Assembly: GCA_902798825.1 (NCBI GenBank)
Contig: CADBYI010000014.1
Span: 6,669 to 70,668, forward strand
Direction of reading: 5' to 3'
Source: an uncultured Eubacteriales bacterium
Lineage (GTDB): Bacteria > Bacillota > Clostridia > Christensenellales > CAG-138
Length of the DNA stretch: 64,000 nt
The notes below the pieces were generated by a model. The model made no database searches, had not been told where the DNA came from, and worked only from the letters and a program-made list of their open reading frames with translations. Positions 52,844-61,350 of the stretch are shown in pieces (position 1 is the stretch's first letter; every line of letters begins with the position of its first letter). Made by a program: the position numbers and the translations under genes.

Positions 52844-53707
52844 CTATTCTACCACCCGGGATTCCCTTCCGTCAAGTGTAATTTGCACGGCCGGGACCTC
52901 GTCCGTCCGCAGGATCCGGGTGCCCGTCAGCGCCAGACGAGCGAGGGCCTCCGCCGTGGGATGGCCGTACTCGTTGTTCCGCCCCACGCTGATGACGGAC
53001 AGGGTGGGGGAGACCACCTTCAAAAAGCGGAGGGAGGAGGACGAGGCGGACCCGTGGTGGCCCACCTTCAGCACGTGGGCGGCCAGCTCCGATCGGTGGT
53101 AGCGAAAGAGCATATACTCCTCCGTCTGAAATGTGGCGTCCCCCATGAACAGGGCGGCGGTGTCCCCGTAGGACAGCTTCAGCACCGCGCAGCCGGCGTT
53201 GCTGTCGTCATAGACCCGGTTCGAAAGGGGGCTTAAAACCGTCAAAGACGCCTGCCCATAGGCAAAGCTGTCTCCCTCCGCAAGCGGTGCGCAGAGCGCG
53301 CCACGGCGACGGACCTTTTTCAGCAGGTCGCCGTAGTCCCCCTCGCTGCCGCCGAAATAGACCCGGGGCACCTGGAACCGGCGCACCAGGGTCAGCAGAT
53401 TCCCCGCGTGGTCCGCGTGACCGTGGGTGACGAAGACGGCGTCCAGCCTGTCCACGCCCAGGGCGTGGAGCTGGTCCACCAGCCGGTCCCGGCTTTCGAA
53501 GGGGCCCGTGTCGATCATGATCCGCTCCCCGGTGGGGAAGGCCACAAGGCAGGCGTCCCCCTGTCCCACGGCCGGGAACAGCAGATTCACCTTGTCCGGC
53601 TCGATGGCGCCCTGATACAGGGTGGTCGGGTCCGTTGCCACCTGTGGCTGGCGGCAGCCGGCCAGCAGCAGGAGCCCTATGAACAGAATGATCAGAAATC
53701 GCTTCAT
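52844..53707 (-). CDS. MBL-fold hydrolase lipoprotein (ComEC C-terminal-domain-like)
   Basis: Lipobox MKRFLIILFIGLLLLAGC and HGHADH motif. Confidence 0.75.
   Translation of the reverse strand: MKRFLIILFIGLLLLAGCRQPQVATDPTTLYQGAIEPDKVNLLFPAVGQGDACLVAFPTGERIMIDTGPFESRDRLVDQLHALGVDRLDAVFVTHGHADHAGNLLTLVRRFQVPRVYFGGSEGDYGDLLKKVRRRGALCAPLAEGDSFAYGQASLTVLSPLSNRVYDDSNAGCAVLKLSYGDTAALFMGDATFQTEEYMLFRYHRSELAAHVLKVGHHGSASSSSLRFLKVVSPTLSVISVGRNNEYGHPTAEALARLALTGTRILRTDEVPAVQITLDGRESRVVE
52846..52875 (-). promoter_or_regulatory. candidate promoter of the pheST leader
   Basis: On the minus strand, TTGACG - 18 nt - (TGg)TAGAAT, overlapping the stop codon of the upstream gene. Confidence 0.45.
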
Positions 53708-54393
53708 GGGATCACCACGTCGAAGACCTTCACCACCCCGTCCTCCACGAAGAAGCGCACGTCCATCCCGGCGTAGGCAAAGCCGTAGGGGTCCCTGCGG
53801 TCCGTGAGATACCCGGGCCGGGGGTCAAGGGAAAGGGAGGCCAGCAGGGCCGGCCGCTTCTCCTCGGGGATGCGGCAGAGGAGCTTCTCCGGAAACTCTA
53901 CGGGCAGCCGCTCGTCCGCATGGTCCGCCGCAAAGCCGTTTTTGGCCTCCGGATGGCTGTCGGTGAAGGAAAGGTAGGGCTTGACGTCGTAGATGGGGGA
54001 GCCGTCCATAAGGTCCGCTCCCGCGACCACCAGCACCGTGCCCAGGTTCGGCCGCTTCTCCAGCCGCACCAGCCGCACGGAGGAAAGGCCCAGAGGGTTG
54101 GGCCGGAAGGGGGAGCGGGTGGCGAAGACTCCCATGCGCTTGTTCCCCCCCAGCTTGGGGGGCTTCACCATGGGGGACCAGGTTTCCTGCTTCACCTGTG
54201 AAAACCCCCAGATGAGCCACAGGTGGCTGTAGCCTTCGAGACCTCTTAGGGCGTTCTCGTCCCGGTATTCCGGCTCAAAGACCACCAGGGCCTCCTGCTC
54301 GGGCACCAGATTGCTCTGCCGGGGGATGCCGAATTTGCTGGTAAAGTCGCTCCGAAGCCGGGCGATAATATGTAACTGCAGCGATTCGTCCAT
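53704..54393 (-). CDS. trmO: tRNA (t6A37-N6)-methyltransferase TrmO
   Basis: RSDFTSKFGIPRQS...SHLWLIWGF...RSPFRPNPLGLS. I prefer the ATG at 54393. Confidence 0.8.
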   Translation of the reverse strand: MDESLQLHIIARLRSDFTSKFGIPRQSNLVPEQEALVVFEPEYRDENALRGLEGYSHLWLIWGFSQVKQETWSPMVKPPKLGGNKRMGVFATRSPFRPNPLGLSSVRLVRLEKRPNLGTVLVVAGADLMDGSPIYDVKPYLSFTDSHPEAKNGFAADHADERLPVEFPEKLLCRIPEEKRPALLASLSLDPRPGYLTDRRDPYGFAYAGMDVRFFVEDGVVKVFDVVIP

Positions 54394-54475
54394 ATAAAAC
54401 AGTATACGCCAAGAAATAATCCTTGACAAGATGGCTACATATTGATATCATAATGATATCACAAACGGCAAGGAG

Positions 54476-55492
54476 ATGAAAAACGTGAAAGAAAAGGTAT
54501 TGAATTCCCGGAGGAACGGCATGGGCATGCTGCTGCTGCTGATCCTCCTGCACCTGCTGGCCATCGTCGGCCTGGTGGTGGGCATCGTCTATGAGGCCAC
54601 GGCCCTGATCGTGCTGTGCATCCTGATCCTCTGCTTCGGCTGGATACTGTTCTGCGGCCTCAAGGTGCTCAAGCCCCAGGAGGCCCTGGTGCTGACCCTG
54701 TTCGGCAAGTACGTGGGCACCCTGAAGGACGCCGGGTTCTACTATGTGAACCCCTTCTGCGCCGCCGTGAACCCCGCCGCCCAAACCAAGCTGAACCAGA
54801 GCGGCGACGTGGACGCCAAGGCCCACGCCCCCATCGTCATCGGCCAGAACGGCGGCACCACCGCGGTGGAGATGCCCACCAAGAAGATCTCCCTGAAGAT
54901 CATGACCCTCAACAACAACCGTCAGAAGATCAACGACTGTCTGGGCAATCCCGTGGAGATCGGCATCGCGGTCATGTGGCGGGTGGTGGACACGGCCAAG
55001 GCCGTCTTCAACGTGGACAACTATAAGGAATATCTGTCCCTCCAGTGCGACAGCGCCCTAAGGAACATCGTGCGTATCTATCCCTACGACGTGGCTCCCA
55101 ACGTGGACACTACCGGCGACGGTGTGGCCGACGAAGGGTCCCTTAGGGGCAGCAGCGAGGTGGTGGCCGAGCGCATCCGCCAGGAGATCCAGCAGAAGGT
55201 GGCCGAGGCCGGTCTGGAGGTCATCGAGGCCCGCATCACCTACCTTGCCTACGCCCCCGAGATCGCCGCGGTCATGCTTCAGCGGCAGCAGGCTTCCGCC
55301 ATCATCGACGCCCGGAAGATGATCGTGGACGGGGCCGTTGGCATGGTGGAGATGGCCCTCGATCGGCTCAGCGAGAACAAGGTGGTGGAGCTGGACGACG
55401 AGCGCAAGGCGGCCATGGTGTCCAACCTCTTGGTGGTTCTCTGCGGGAATCGGGACGCCCAGCCCGTGGTGAATTCCGGCAGCCTCTATTGA
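54476..55492 (+). CDS. SPFH/band-7 domain membrane protein
   Basis: 338 aa with N-terminal TM hairpin then an SPFH core ([13 protein letters not shown]..., [16 protein letters not shown]). Confidence 0.75.
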   Translation: MKNVKEKVLNSRRNGMGMLLLLILLHLLAIVGLVVGIVYEATALIVLCILILCFGWILFCGLKVLKPQEALVLTLFGKYVGTLKDAGFYYVNPFCAAVNPAAQTKLNQSGDVDAKAHAPIVIGQNGGTTAVEMPTKKISLKIMTLNNNRQKINDCLGNPVEIGIAVMWRVVDTAKAVFNVDNYKEYLSLQCDSALRNIVRIYPYDVAPNVDTTGDGVADEGSLRGSSEVVAERIRQEIQQKVAEAGLEVIEARITYLAYAPEIAAVMLQRQQASAIIDARKMIVDGAVGMVEMALDRLSENKVVELDDERKAAMVSNLLVVLCGNRDAQPVVNSGSLY

Positions 55493-55493
55493 T

Positions 55494-55685
55494 ATGGGGG
55501 AGGCCGGCAAAAAACAGGTGCCCCTGCGGCTCTCGTCCAAGCTGTACGACGAGATCGCGGCCTGGGCCGAGGAGGACTTTCGCTCCGTGAACGGGCAGAT
55601 CGAATACCTGCTCACGGCCTGCGTCCGACAGCATAAAAAGAACGGACGTCCCGTGCCGGAGGACTTCGAGCAGGACAGGGAATAA
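55494..55685 (+). CDS. small ribbon-helix-helix (Arc/MetJ-like) protein
   Basis: 63 aa with VPLRLSSKLYDEIAAWAEEDFRSVNGQIEYLL. The start lies 1 nt after the SPFH stop. Confidence 0.6.
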   Translation: MGEAGKKQVPLRLSSKLYDEIAAWAEEDFRSVNGQIEYLLTACVRQHKKNGRPVPEDFEQDRE

Positions 55686-55701
55686 AACAGACCGCCCAAA
55701 A

Positions 55702-55731
55702 GGCGGCTCCCGAAAGGAGCCGCCTTTTATT
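55702..55731 (+). terminator. intrinsic terminator
   Basis: 9-bp stem ggcggctcc / ggagccgcc, loop cgaaa, then TTTTATT. Confidence 0.7.
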
Positions 55732-55764
55732 GCTTATATCACGCGAATATGGTATATTTGTGTC

Positions 55765-57003
55765 ATGAGACGATTGTTGTTGGGCATACTGACGGGGGCG
55801 ATCCTGCTGCTTCTGGCTCCCTGGAGCCGGGGGGAGGCGGGGCCCTCCACCGCGCCTTCGGGGGAGAGCGGATCTGGCGAAATGACCTTCACGGCCTCAG
55901 AAGACCTGCCCCTGCCCGATGAGACCAGCTGCCTTCACGTGGGACGGTACTTTTGGGTGGACGGCACCGTGACCGCCTCCCGGCCCCTGGGGGCCGTGGC
56001 GGCCCAAATCCTGGACGAGCAGGGGGAAACGGTTCTGGAGGCATCGAAGACATTCGATCCGGCGGAGGACGTGCGCGTCTGTCGGCTCCTGGACCCCACC
56101 TTCTCCAAGGACACGGACTGCATCAGCGAGGGGCTGCGGTTCCAGGACCTGGCGGTGGGCAGCTATACCCTGCGCATCCTGGGGGCGGAGGCGGGGGAGG
56201 AGGCGACCCTCCTGGCCGAAAGCTCCTTTCGGGTGAACGACGATCCCTATCTCCAGCTCCAGCCCAACGATATGCGGGGGGACTATACCTCCGCTCTCGC
56301 TTTCTTCGGCGCCCCGGAGCGGTTCCTGTTCCGCTATACGCTTCGGGAGGACTCCATCCGCATCGACGTGGACGCCCAGTGGCTCCGAAAATACAGGACG
56401 AAGGTCACTTGGCTCAACGGAAAGAAAAAGTATTGCCATGTGGACGCCGCGCCCTACTTCAAGGCGGCCCGCCGGTATCTGGAGCATACCTACATCCATC
56501 TTTCGGGGGAGGGCTTCGACACGGGGGCCCTGCGGCTCTCCGCTCTGCAGGCCACGCTGAACGGCACCATGGTCTGCCGGTTCGTGAGCAGCGGCCTGTT
56601 TTTGAGCCACCATTCCTTCGGCACGGCCATCGACATCAACGCCTTTTTCGACAGCCATCGGAACCGGCTGGAGAATCGGGAAAAAATCTATACCGAGGTC
56701 ACCCAGAACCTGACCTACAACGGCATCGTCACCGTCCAGGGCAAACCCTGCTATGATTTCACCTACACGGGCAGCGCCCCGCGGGAGGTGAAGAACGTGC
56801 CGGAGCCGCTGATGAACTATTTCCTCTATGAGCTGGCCTTCTATCGGGCCGGGTTCGCCTGGGGCTTCTATTACCCCCACACCTGCGACGCCATGCACTT
56901 CACCCTGACGGAGCTGTCCCCGTCCCTCTTTACCGACGGCCCCTACGCCATGCGCAAGGTCTTCACCTATGTCGAGGACGCCGCGGCCCAGAGGGCGCCG
57001 TAA
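55765..57003 (+). CDS. secreted M15-family (VanY-like) metallopeptidase
   Basis: Signal peptide MRRLLLGILTGAILLLLAPWS. Motifs SHHSFGTAIDIN and CDAMHF for zinc ligands. Confidence 0.7.
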   Translation: MRRLLLGILTGAILLLLAPWSRGEAGPSTAPSGESGSGEMTFTASEDLPLPDETSCLHVGRYFWVDGTVTASRPLGAVAAQILDEQGETVLEASKTFDPAEDVRVCRLLDPTFSKDTDCISEGLRFQDLAVGSYTLRILGAEAGEEATLLAESSFRVNDDPYLQLQPNDMRGDYTSALAFFGAPERFLFRYTLREDSIRIDVDAQWLRKYRTKVTWLNGKKKYCHVDAAPYFKAARRYLEHTYIHLSGEGFDTGALRLSALQATLNGTMVCRFVSSGLFLSHHSFGTAIDINAFFDSHRNRLENREKIYTEVTQNLTYNGIVTVQGKPCYDFTYTGSAPREVKNVPEPLMNYFLYELAFYRAGFAWGFYYPHTCDAMHFTLTELSPSLFTDGPYAMRKVFTYVEDAAAQRAP

Positions 57004-57019
57004 ACCAAATCCTATTTAT

Positions 57020-57598
57020 TCAGGGACGCGGTGCATATGCTGCTTGCTTTCCCTGCCGGCACGGGGCGGCGGAGAGGAAGAAGCGGCTCACCTCCTCGGC
57101 GGAATAGCCATCGTTTGCCATCCACCAGCGGACGGTTTCGGCAAAGTCACAGACCATGCGGTTCAAAAGGTAATCCTTCGGAACGTCCGTGGGCTGTTGC
57201 TCCACCTCGCTTTGAAACAGGGTCACAAGATATGCTTTGAAATACTGCATGAACATCTCCCCGCTTTCGCAGGACAGGATGCTTCGAAGATAGATTCGGT
57301 TGTCCCCCAGGTGATAGAGAACATGGGTGACCTCGGCTTCGAGGTCCTTTTTCCGCGCGGAAAAATCGTGGGTGGTCTCCCGTTCCAGATGCTCGGAAAA
57401 CACGTGATCGAATATCTCCTTGCACAGCTCCTTCAATAGCTCATCCTTCGTTTCGAAGTGGGCATAGAACGTGCTGCGCCCGATGTTCGCCCCATCGATG
57501 ATCTCCTGCACCGAAATCTTCGAATAGGGTTTCCTTTCCAGCAGCGCGGTGAACGCTTCAAACACCGCCTTGCGGGTCTTTTGCTGTCGCCGATCCAT
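57020..57598 (-). CDS. TetR/AcrR-family transcriptional regulator
   Basis: The ATG at 57598 is preceded by GGGAGGAA. HTH region KISVQEIIDGANIGRSTFYAHF. Confidence 0.8.
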   Translation of the reverse strand: MDRRQQKTRKAVFEAFTALLERKPYSKISVQEIIDGANIGRSTFYAHFETKDELLKELCKEIFDHVFSEHLERETTHDFSARKKDLEAEVTHVLYHLGDNRIYLRSILSCESGEMFMQYFKAYLVTLFQSEVEQQPTDVPKDYLLNRMVCDFAETVRWWMANDGYSAEEVSRFFLSAAPCRQGKQAAYAPRP

Positions 57599-57693
57599 CG
57601 TTTCCTCCCGTACATTTTTGCCAAAATGTCCCGTAACGTACTTCTGACAGCTTTTGCTTCTTGTCATTTTGCGGGACGATTCGTACAATCATA

Positions 57694-57712
57694 ATCGAAC
57701 AAAGTGTTCGAT
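57694..57712. promoter_or_regulatory. candidate TetR operator
   Basis: Perfect 8-3-8 inverted repeat ATCGAACA-aag-TGTTCGAT in the divergent intergenic region. Confidence 0.45.
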
Positions 57713-57762
57713 ATCATACAAAGCATACGCCATATACAGGCGTTTGTCAACGGAGACGAGAT

Positions 57763-59658
57763 ATGATCAAAAAAATCAACGATTTCCTGGCGGGCTGGCC
57801 CATGACGATCGTGGGCGGTCTGTTTTTGCTTGCGTCGTTCGTTTTGCCCCGGGTCGGCATGCCGTGGGGCGAGCAGCTTGCGTGGGTGTGCGTGGTGATC
57901 TGCGGCATCCCGCTGCTGTACCTTGCGATTTGGCGGATCATCCACAACAGGGGCATTGCCAAGATATCCTCCGCCCTGCTGATCTCCATGGCCATGGTCG
58001 CGGCGATCCTGATCGGCGACCTGTTCGCCGCGGGGGAGGTGGCGTTCATCATGGAGATCGGCGCGCTGCTGGAGGACATGACGACCGCACGGGCACGGAA
58101 GGGCCTGAAGAAGCTGATCGCCCTGACGCCCGAGACAGGGCGCGTCATTCGTGACGGCAAGGAGATCGTCATCCCCGCCGCCCAAATCCGAAGGGGCGAT
58201 ACCCTGCGTATCCTGCCGGGTGAAACGATCCCGGTGGATGGCGTGATCACCGTCGGCGAAACCTCTGTGGATCAATCCATCATGACCGGCGAGAGCCTTC
58301 CCGTCGACAAAGCCGTCGGCGAGGCGGTGTTTTCCGGCACCATCAACCGCTTCGGCTCCATCGACATGGAAGCGACCGAGGTCGGCGCGGACAGTTCGCT
58401 TTCAAAGCTGATTCGCATGGTCCAGGACGCGGACAAGAAGCAGGCGCCCACCCAGCGCATCGCAGACAAGTGGGCCAGCTGGCTTGTGCCGGTGGCCTTG
58501 CTCATCGCCATCGCCGCCTGGCTCACGACCGGCGACGTGGTGCGCGGCGTGACGGTGCTGGTCGTCTTCTGCCCCTGCGCGCTGGTCCTTGCGACGCCCA
58601 CGGCCATCATGGCGGCGATCGGCCAGGCCACCAAGCATGGCGTGATCGTCAAATCCGGCGAAGCCCTGGAAAAGATGGGGAAGGTGAAGACCGTCGCCTT
58701 CGACAAGACCGGCACACTCACCTACGGGAAGCTGGCCATCAGCGATCTCATTCCCCTTGCTGACATGGACGAAGCGGAGCTTTTGCGCCTCGCCGCCTCC
58801 GCCGAGCGCCGCAGCGAGCATCCCCTGGGCCGTGCGATCGTGGAAAAAGCGAACGGGGACGGCGTGGAGCTGTATGAGGTTTCTGAATTCAAGATGGAAG
58901 CGGGCAAGGGCGTCAAAGCCGTCATAGACGGTCAAACGTACTGCCTCGGCAGCGAACCCTATCTGACCGAGCACGGGATCACGCTGTCCGACCATGGGCG
59001 CGCCGCCCTGGACGAACTGCGGCAGGCGGGCAAGGCGTCGGTCCTCGTCGGCTGCGACGGAGCAGTGCTGGGCATCGTGGCGCTGTCCGACACGCTGCGG
59101 CCCGAGGCGAAGGATATGGTCGCGGAACTCAAAGCCCTCGGCACCCGGGCGGTGCTGTTGACCGGCGACAACGAAAAGGCGGCGGCGTACTTTACTTCCC
59201 GCATCGGCATCGACGAGGTGCACGCAGGGCTCCTGCCGGAACACAAGGTCAAGCAGCTCGGGGCGCTGAAAGTGCGGGGCCCGGTCGCCATGATCGGCGA
59301 CGGCGTGAACGACGCGCCTGCGCTGAAAACGGCGGACGTGGGCGTTGCCATGGGCGCTATGGGCAGCGACATCGCCGTGGAAGCGGCGGACGTGGCGCTG
59401 ATGACTGACGATGTTTCCAACATTCCGTACCTGAAATGGCTTTCCAATGCCACCGTAAACACGATCAAGCTGGCCATCACCCTGTCCATGTGCATCAACT
59501 TCGTTGCGGTGACCCTGTCCGTGCTGGGGGTCCTCACGCCCACCACCGGCGCCCTGGTCCACAACGCGGGCTCCTGCTTCGTGGTCCTGCTTGCCGCCCT
59601 GCTTTACGACCGCAAATACAGGAAAAAACAGTGTAAAGGAAAACGGGGCCGGCCTTGA
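57763..59658 (+). CDS. P1B-type heavy-metal-translocating ATPase without an N-terminal HMA domain
   Basis: The ATG at 57763 follows GGAGA. Motifs TGESLPV, CPC (VFCPCALVLATP), DKTGTLT and GDGVNDAPAL. Confidence 0.85.
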   Translation: MIKKINDFLAGWPMTIVGGLFLLASFVLPRVGMPWGEQLAWVCVVICGIPLLYLAIWRIIHNRGIAKISSALLISMAMVAAILIGDLFAAGEVAFIMEIGALLEDMTTARARKGLKKLIALTPETGRVIRDGKEIVIPAAQIRRGDTLRILPGETIPVDGVITVGETSVDQSIMTGESLPVDKAVGEAVFSGTINRFGSIDMEATEVGADSSLSKLIRMVQDADKKQAPTQRIADKWASWLVPVALLIAIAAWLTTGDVVRGVTVLVVFCPCALVLATPTAIMAAIGQATKHGVIVKSGEALEKMGKVKTVAFDKTGTLTYGKLAISDLIPLADMDEAELLRLAASAERRSEHPLGRAIVEKANGDGVELYEVSEFKMEAGKGVKAVIDGQTYCLGSEPYLTEHGITLSDHGRAALDELRQAGKASVLVGCDGAVLGIVALSDTLRPEAKDMVAELKALGTRAVLLTGDNEKAAAYFTSRIGIDEVHAGLLPEHKVKQLGALKVRGPVAMIGDGVNDAPALKTADVGVAMGAMGSDIAVEAADVALMTDDVSNIPYLKWLSNATVNTIKLAITLSMCINFVAVTLSVLGVLTPTTGALVHNAGSCFVVLLAALLYDRKYRKKQCKGKRGRP

Positions 59659-59723
59659 CAGTGGCCAAGCCCGGTTTACTGTTGACGGTTTGTTCGGCCC
59701 TCTGACGCTATGAAACCGGGCGT

Positions 59724-59952
59724 TGGCGCGCCGGTCGATGGGGGGAGTAGCATCTCCAAAAACAAATGCACCTACAGGAGGTGAGTATAAGCTGGAGGCG
59801 CTTCTCGCCTCACGGCTCGGTCAGGGTTTGGCTCTGACGGTCCACCGGATCGTCATTCACTACCAAACCCCAGCGCTGTGCGCTGCCCAGAACGAACCGG
59901 ACGCTGGCGCGCCGGTCGATGGGGGAGCACCTTCTCCAAAAACAAATGCACC
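59724..59952. repeat. about 48-nt direct repeat (59724-59772 and 59905-59952) bracketing a hairpin-rich segment
   Basis: tggcgcgccggtcgatggggg(g)ag..a.c.tctccaaaaacaaatgcacc occurs twice, 181 nt apart, with about 90% identity. Confidence 0.6.
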
Positions 59953-59972
59953 CCTTCGGGTGCGTTTGTTTT
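59933..59972. terminator. bidirectional terminator (tRNA operon / ATPase gene)
   Basis: aaacaaatgcaccc-cttc-gggtgcgtttgttt hairpin with an A-run and a T-run on either side. Confidence 0.7.
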
Positions 59973-60046
59973 TGGAGGCGCCACCCGGAATCGAACCGGG
60001 GATGAGGGTTTTGCAGACCCGTGCCTTACCGCTTGGCTATGGCGCC
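59973..60046 (-). tRNA. tRNA-Cys (GCA)
   Basis: Minus strand GGCGCCATAGCC...GGGTCTGCAAAACCC...GGTTCGATTCCGGGTGGCGCCTCCA. Cloverleaf folds and CCA is encoded. Confidence 0.9.
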
Positions 60047-60049
60047 ATA

Positions 60050-60125
60050 TGGAGCGGGAAACGGGGCTCGAACCCGCCACCTCAGCCTTGGCAAGGCTGC
60101 GCTCTACCAAATGAGCTATTCCCGC
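60050..60125 (-). tRNA. tRNA-Gly (GCC)
   Basis: GCGGGAATAGCTCATTTGGTAGAGC...CCTTGCCAAGG...GGTTCGAGCCCCGTTTCCCGCTCCA. Confidence 0.9.
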
Positions 60126-60133
60126 ATAAAAAA

Positions 60134-60209
60134 TGGTGCCTCAGAGTGGACTTGAACCACCGACACAGGGATTTTCAGTCCCTTGCTCTACCAACTGAGC
60201 TACCGAGGC
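60134..60209 (-). tRNA. tRNA-Phe (GAA)
   Basis: GCCTCGGTAGCTCAGTTGGTAGAGC...GGGACTGAAAATCCC...GGTTCAAGTCCACTCTGAGGCACCA. Confidence 0.9.
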
Positions 60210-60213
60210 ACAT

Positions 60214-60290
60214 TGGCGACCCGGAGGGGGCTCGAACCCCTGACCTCCAGCGTGACAGGCTGGCGTACTAACCAACTGTACTACCGGGCC
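60214..60290 (-). tRNA. tRNA-Asp (GTC)
   Basis: GGCCCGGTAGTACAGTTGGTTAGTAC...GCCTGTCACGC...GGTTCGAGCCCCCTCCGGGTCGCCA. Confidence 0.9.
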
Positions 60291-60298
60291 GAATATCT

Positions 60299-60374
60299 TG
60301 GTGGGAACAACAGGGCTCGAACCTGTGACCCCTTGCTTGTAAGGCAAGTGCTCTCCCAGCTGAGCTATGCTCCC
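60299..60374 (-). tRNA. tRNA-Val (TAC)
   Basis: GGGAGCATAGCTCAGCTGGGAGAGC...TGCCTTACAAGCA...GGTTCGAGCCCTGTTGTTCCCACCA. Confidence 0.9.
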
Positions 60375-60400
60375 CCACGCGATTTTTCGATGCGGGAGTT

Positions 60401-60429
60401 ATTATATATGAGTTGTCGGCTTCTGTCAA
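60401..60429 (-). promoter_or_regulatory. consensus sigma-70 promoter of the tRNA operon
   Basis: On the minus strand, TTGACA - 17 nt - TATAAT, about 25 nt upstream of tRNA-Val. Confidence 0.7.
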
Positions 60430-60461
60430 CCGCTTTCCTGAAAAATATTTTGTATTTGGAC

Positions 60462-61274
60462 CTACCTTTCCCCTGCAGGAAGCGCCAGCTCCCGGACGGC
60501 GACGCCGTTGCGCACCGCCCAAAAGAGGCTCCACAGGTCACGGGTCGCCAGATTCGAGGCGAAGCTGTTGCCCACGGCCCGTTTGATGGCCGGAAACTTC
60601 AGCAGCGACGCCCGGCGAAGATAGGCGAGGGCCCCGTTCATCCACAGCAGCGCGCCTGGACCGTCTCCCCAAATAGCCTCCGTGCCCGCCTCCGACAGGG
60701 GGCCCGTGACCGCCAACAGCTCGGGCAGGCACGCAAGGTCCAGCGCCATCCACCCCTCCCAGGCAAGGCCGGTGCTGCTTGTCGCCAGGGCCGCCGCTTC
60801 CTCCCCCTGTTCCTTGGGGCCGCTTCCGGAAAGGGCCGTTTCGTCCCCGGGCAGGGCAAGGACCGTCAGCGCATCCTTCGACAGCCGCAGCGACAGCAAA
60901 GCGGCCGCCCTTCCCTCTCGAAGGCCGACCGCCAGGATATTCTTTGTCTGTTCGTTGCCTGTGTCCACCCAGGGCCCGTCCGTGTCCCCGGGGGGCATCT
61001 TACGGGGGACCAGCGCGCCCGCGTCTTCCGGCGTGCTGGCGGGCCAGGGCGTGTCCCACTGGGGCACCAGGGGCAGGCGAAAGTCCGTGGGCGACGGGGC
61101 TGGGGTGGCTGACGGCGTGGGCAAGGGGGCCGCCGTCACCGGGGGCGTGGCCGTGGGCTTGGGGGCCGCTTCCTCCTCTTTGGAGTCGAAGATCAAAACG
61201 GCCCCCACCGTCAGCAGCAAAATGAGCCCACTGATGGCTACGATCAGGATGATTTGCTTTCGTGTCAGTTCCAT
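60462..61274 (-). CDS. hypothetical N-terminally anchored protein with Pro/Thr/Ala linker (possibly degenerate LCP-like)
   Basis: MELTRKQIILIVAISGLILLLTVGAVLIF TM segment, then a PTA-rich linker and a ~170-aa globular part (KNILAVGL...LTVLALPGDT). Confidence 0.5.
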   Translation of the reverse strand: MELTRKQIILIVAISGLILLLTVGAVLIFDSKEEEAAPKPTATPPVTAAPLPTPSATPAPSPTDFRLPLVPQWDTPWPASTPEDAGALVPRKMPPGDTDGPWVDTGNEQTKNILAVGLREGRAAALLSLRLSKDALTVLALPGDETALSGSGPKEQGEEAAALATSSTGLAWEGWMALDLACLPELLAVTGPLSEAGTEAIWGDGPGALLWMNGALAYLRRASLLKFPAIKRAVGNSFASNLATRDLWSLFWAVRNGVAVRELALPAGER

Positions 61275-61350
61275 AGAAAAAGGACCTCCAACCCCGTGCT
61301 TTTTGCCTATTTTGCCACGGCCGGTGGGGTCCTATACTTCAAGTCTGTTT

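Noticed and set aside
59723-61112. Track ORFs 59723..60271(+), 59853..60110(-), 60141..60347(-) and 60183..61112(+) across the tRNA region
   Set aside because: They read through five well-folding tRNA genes and a terminator, so they are incompatible with those RNA genes. The 3' part of 60183..61112 is antisense to the 60462..61274 CDS.
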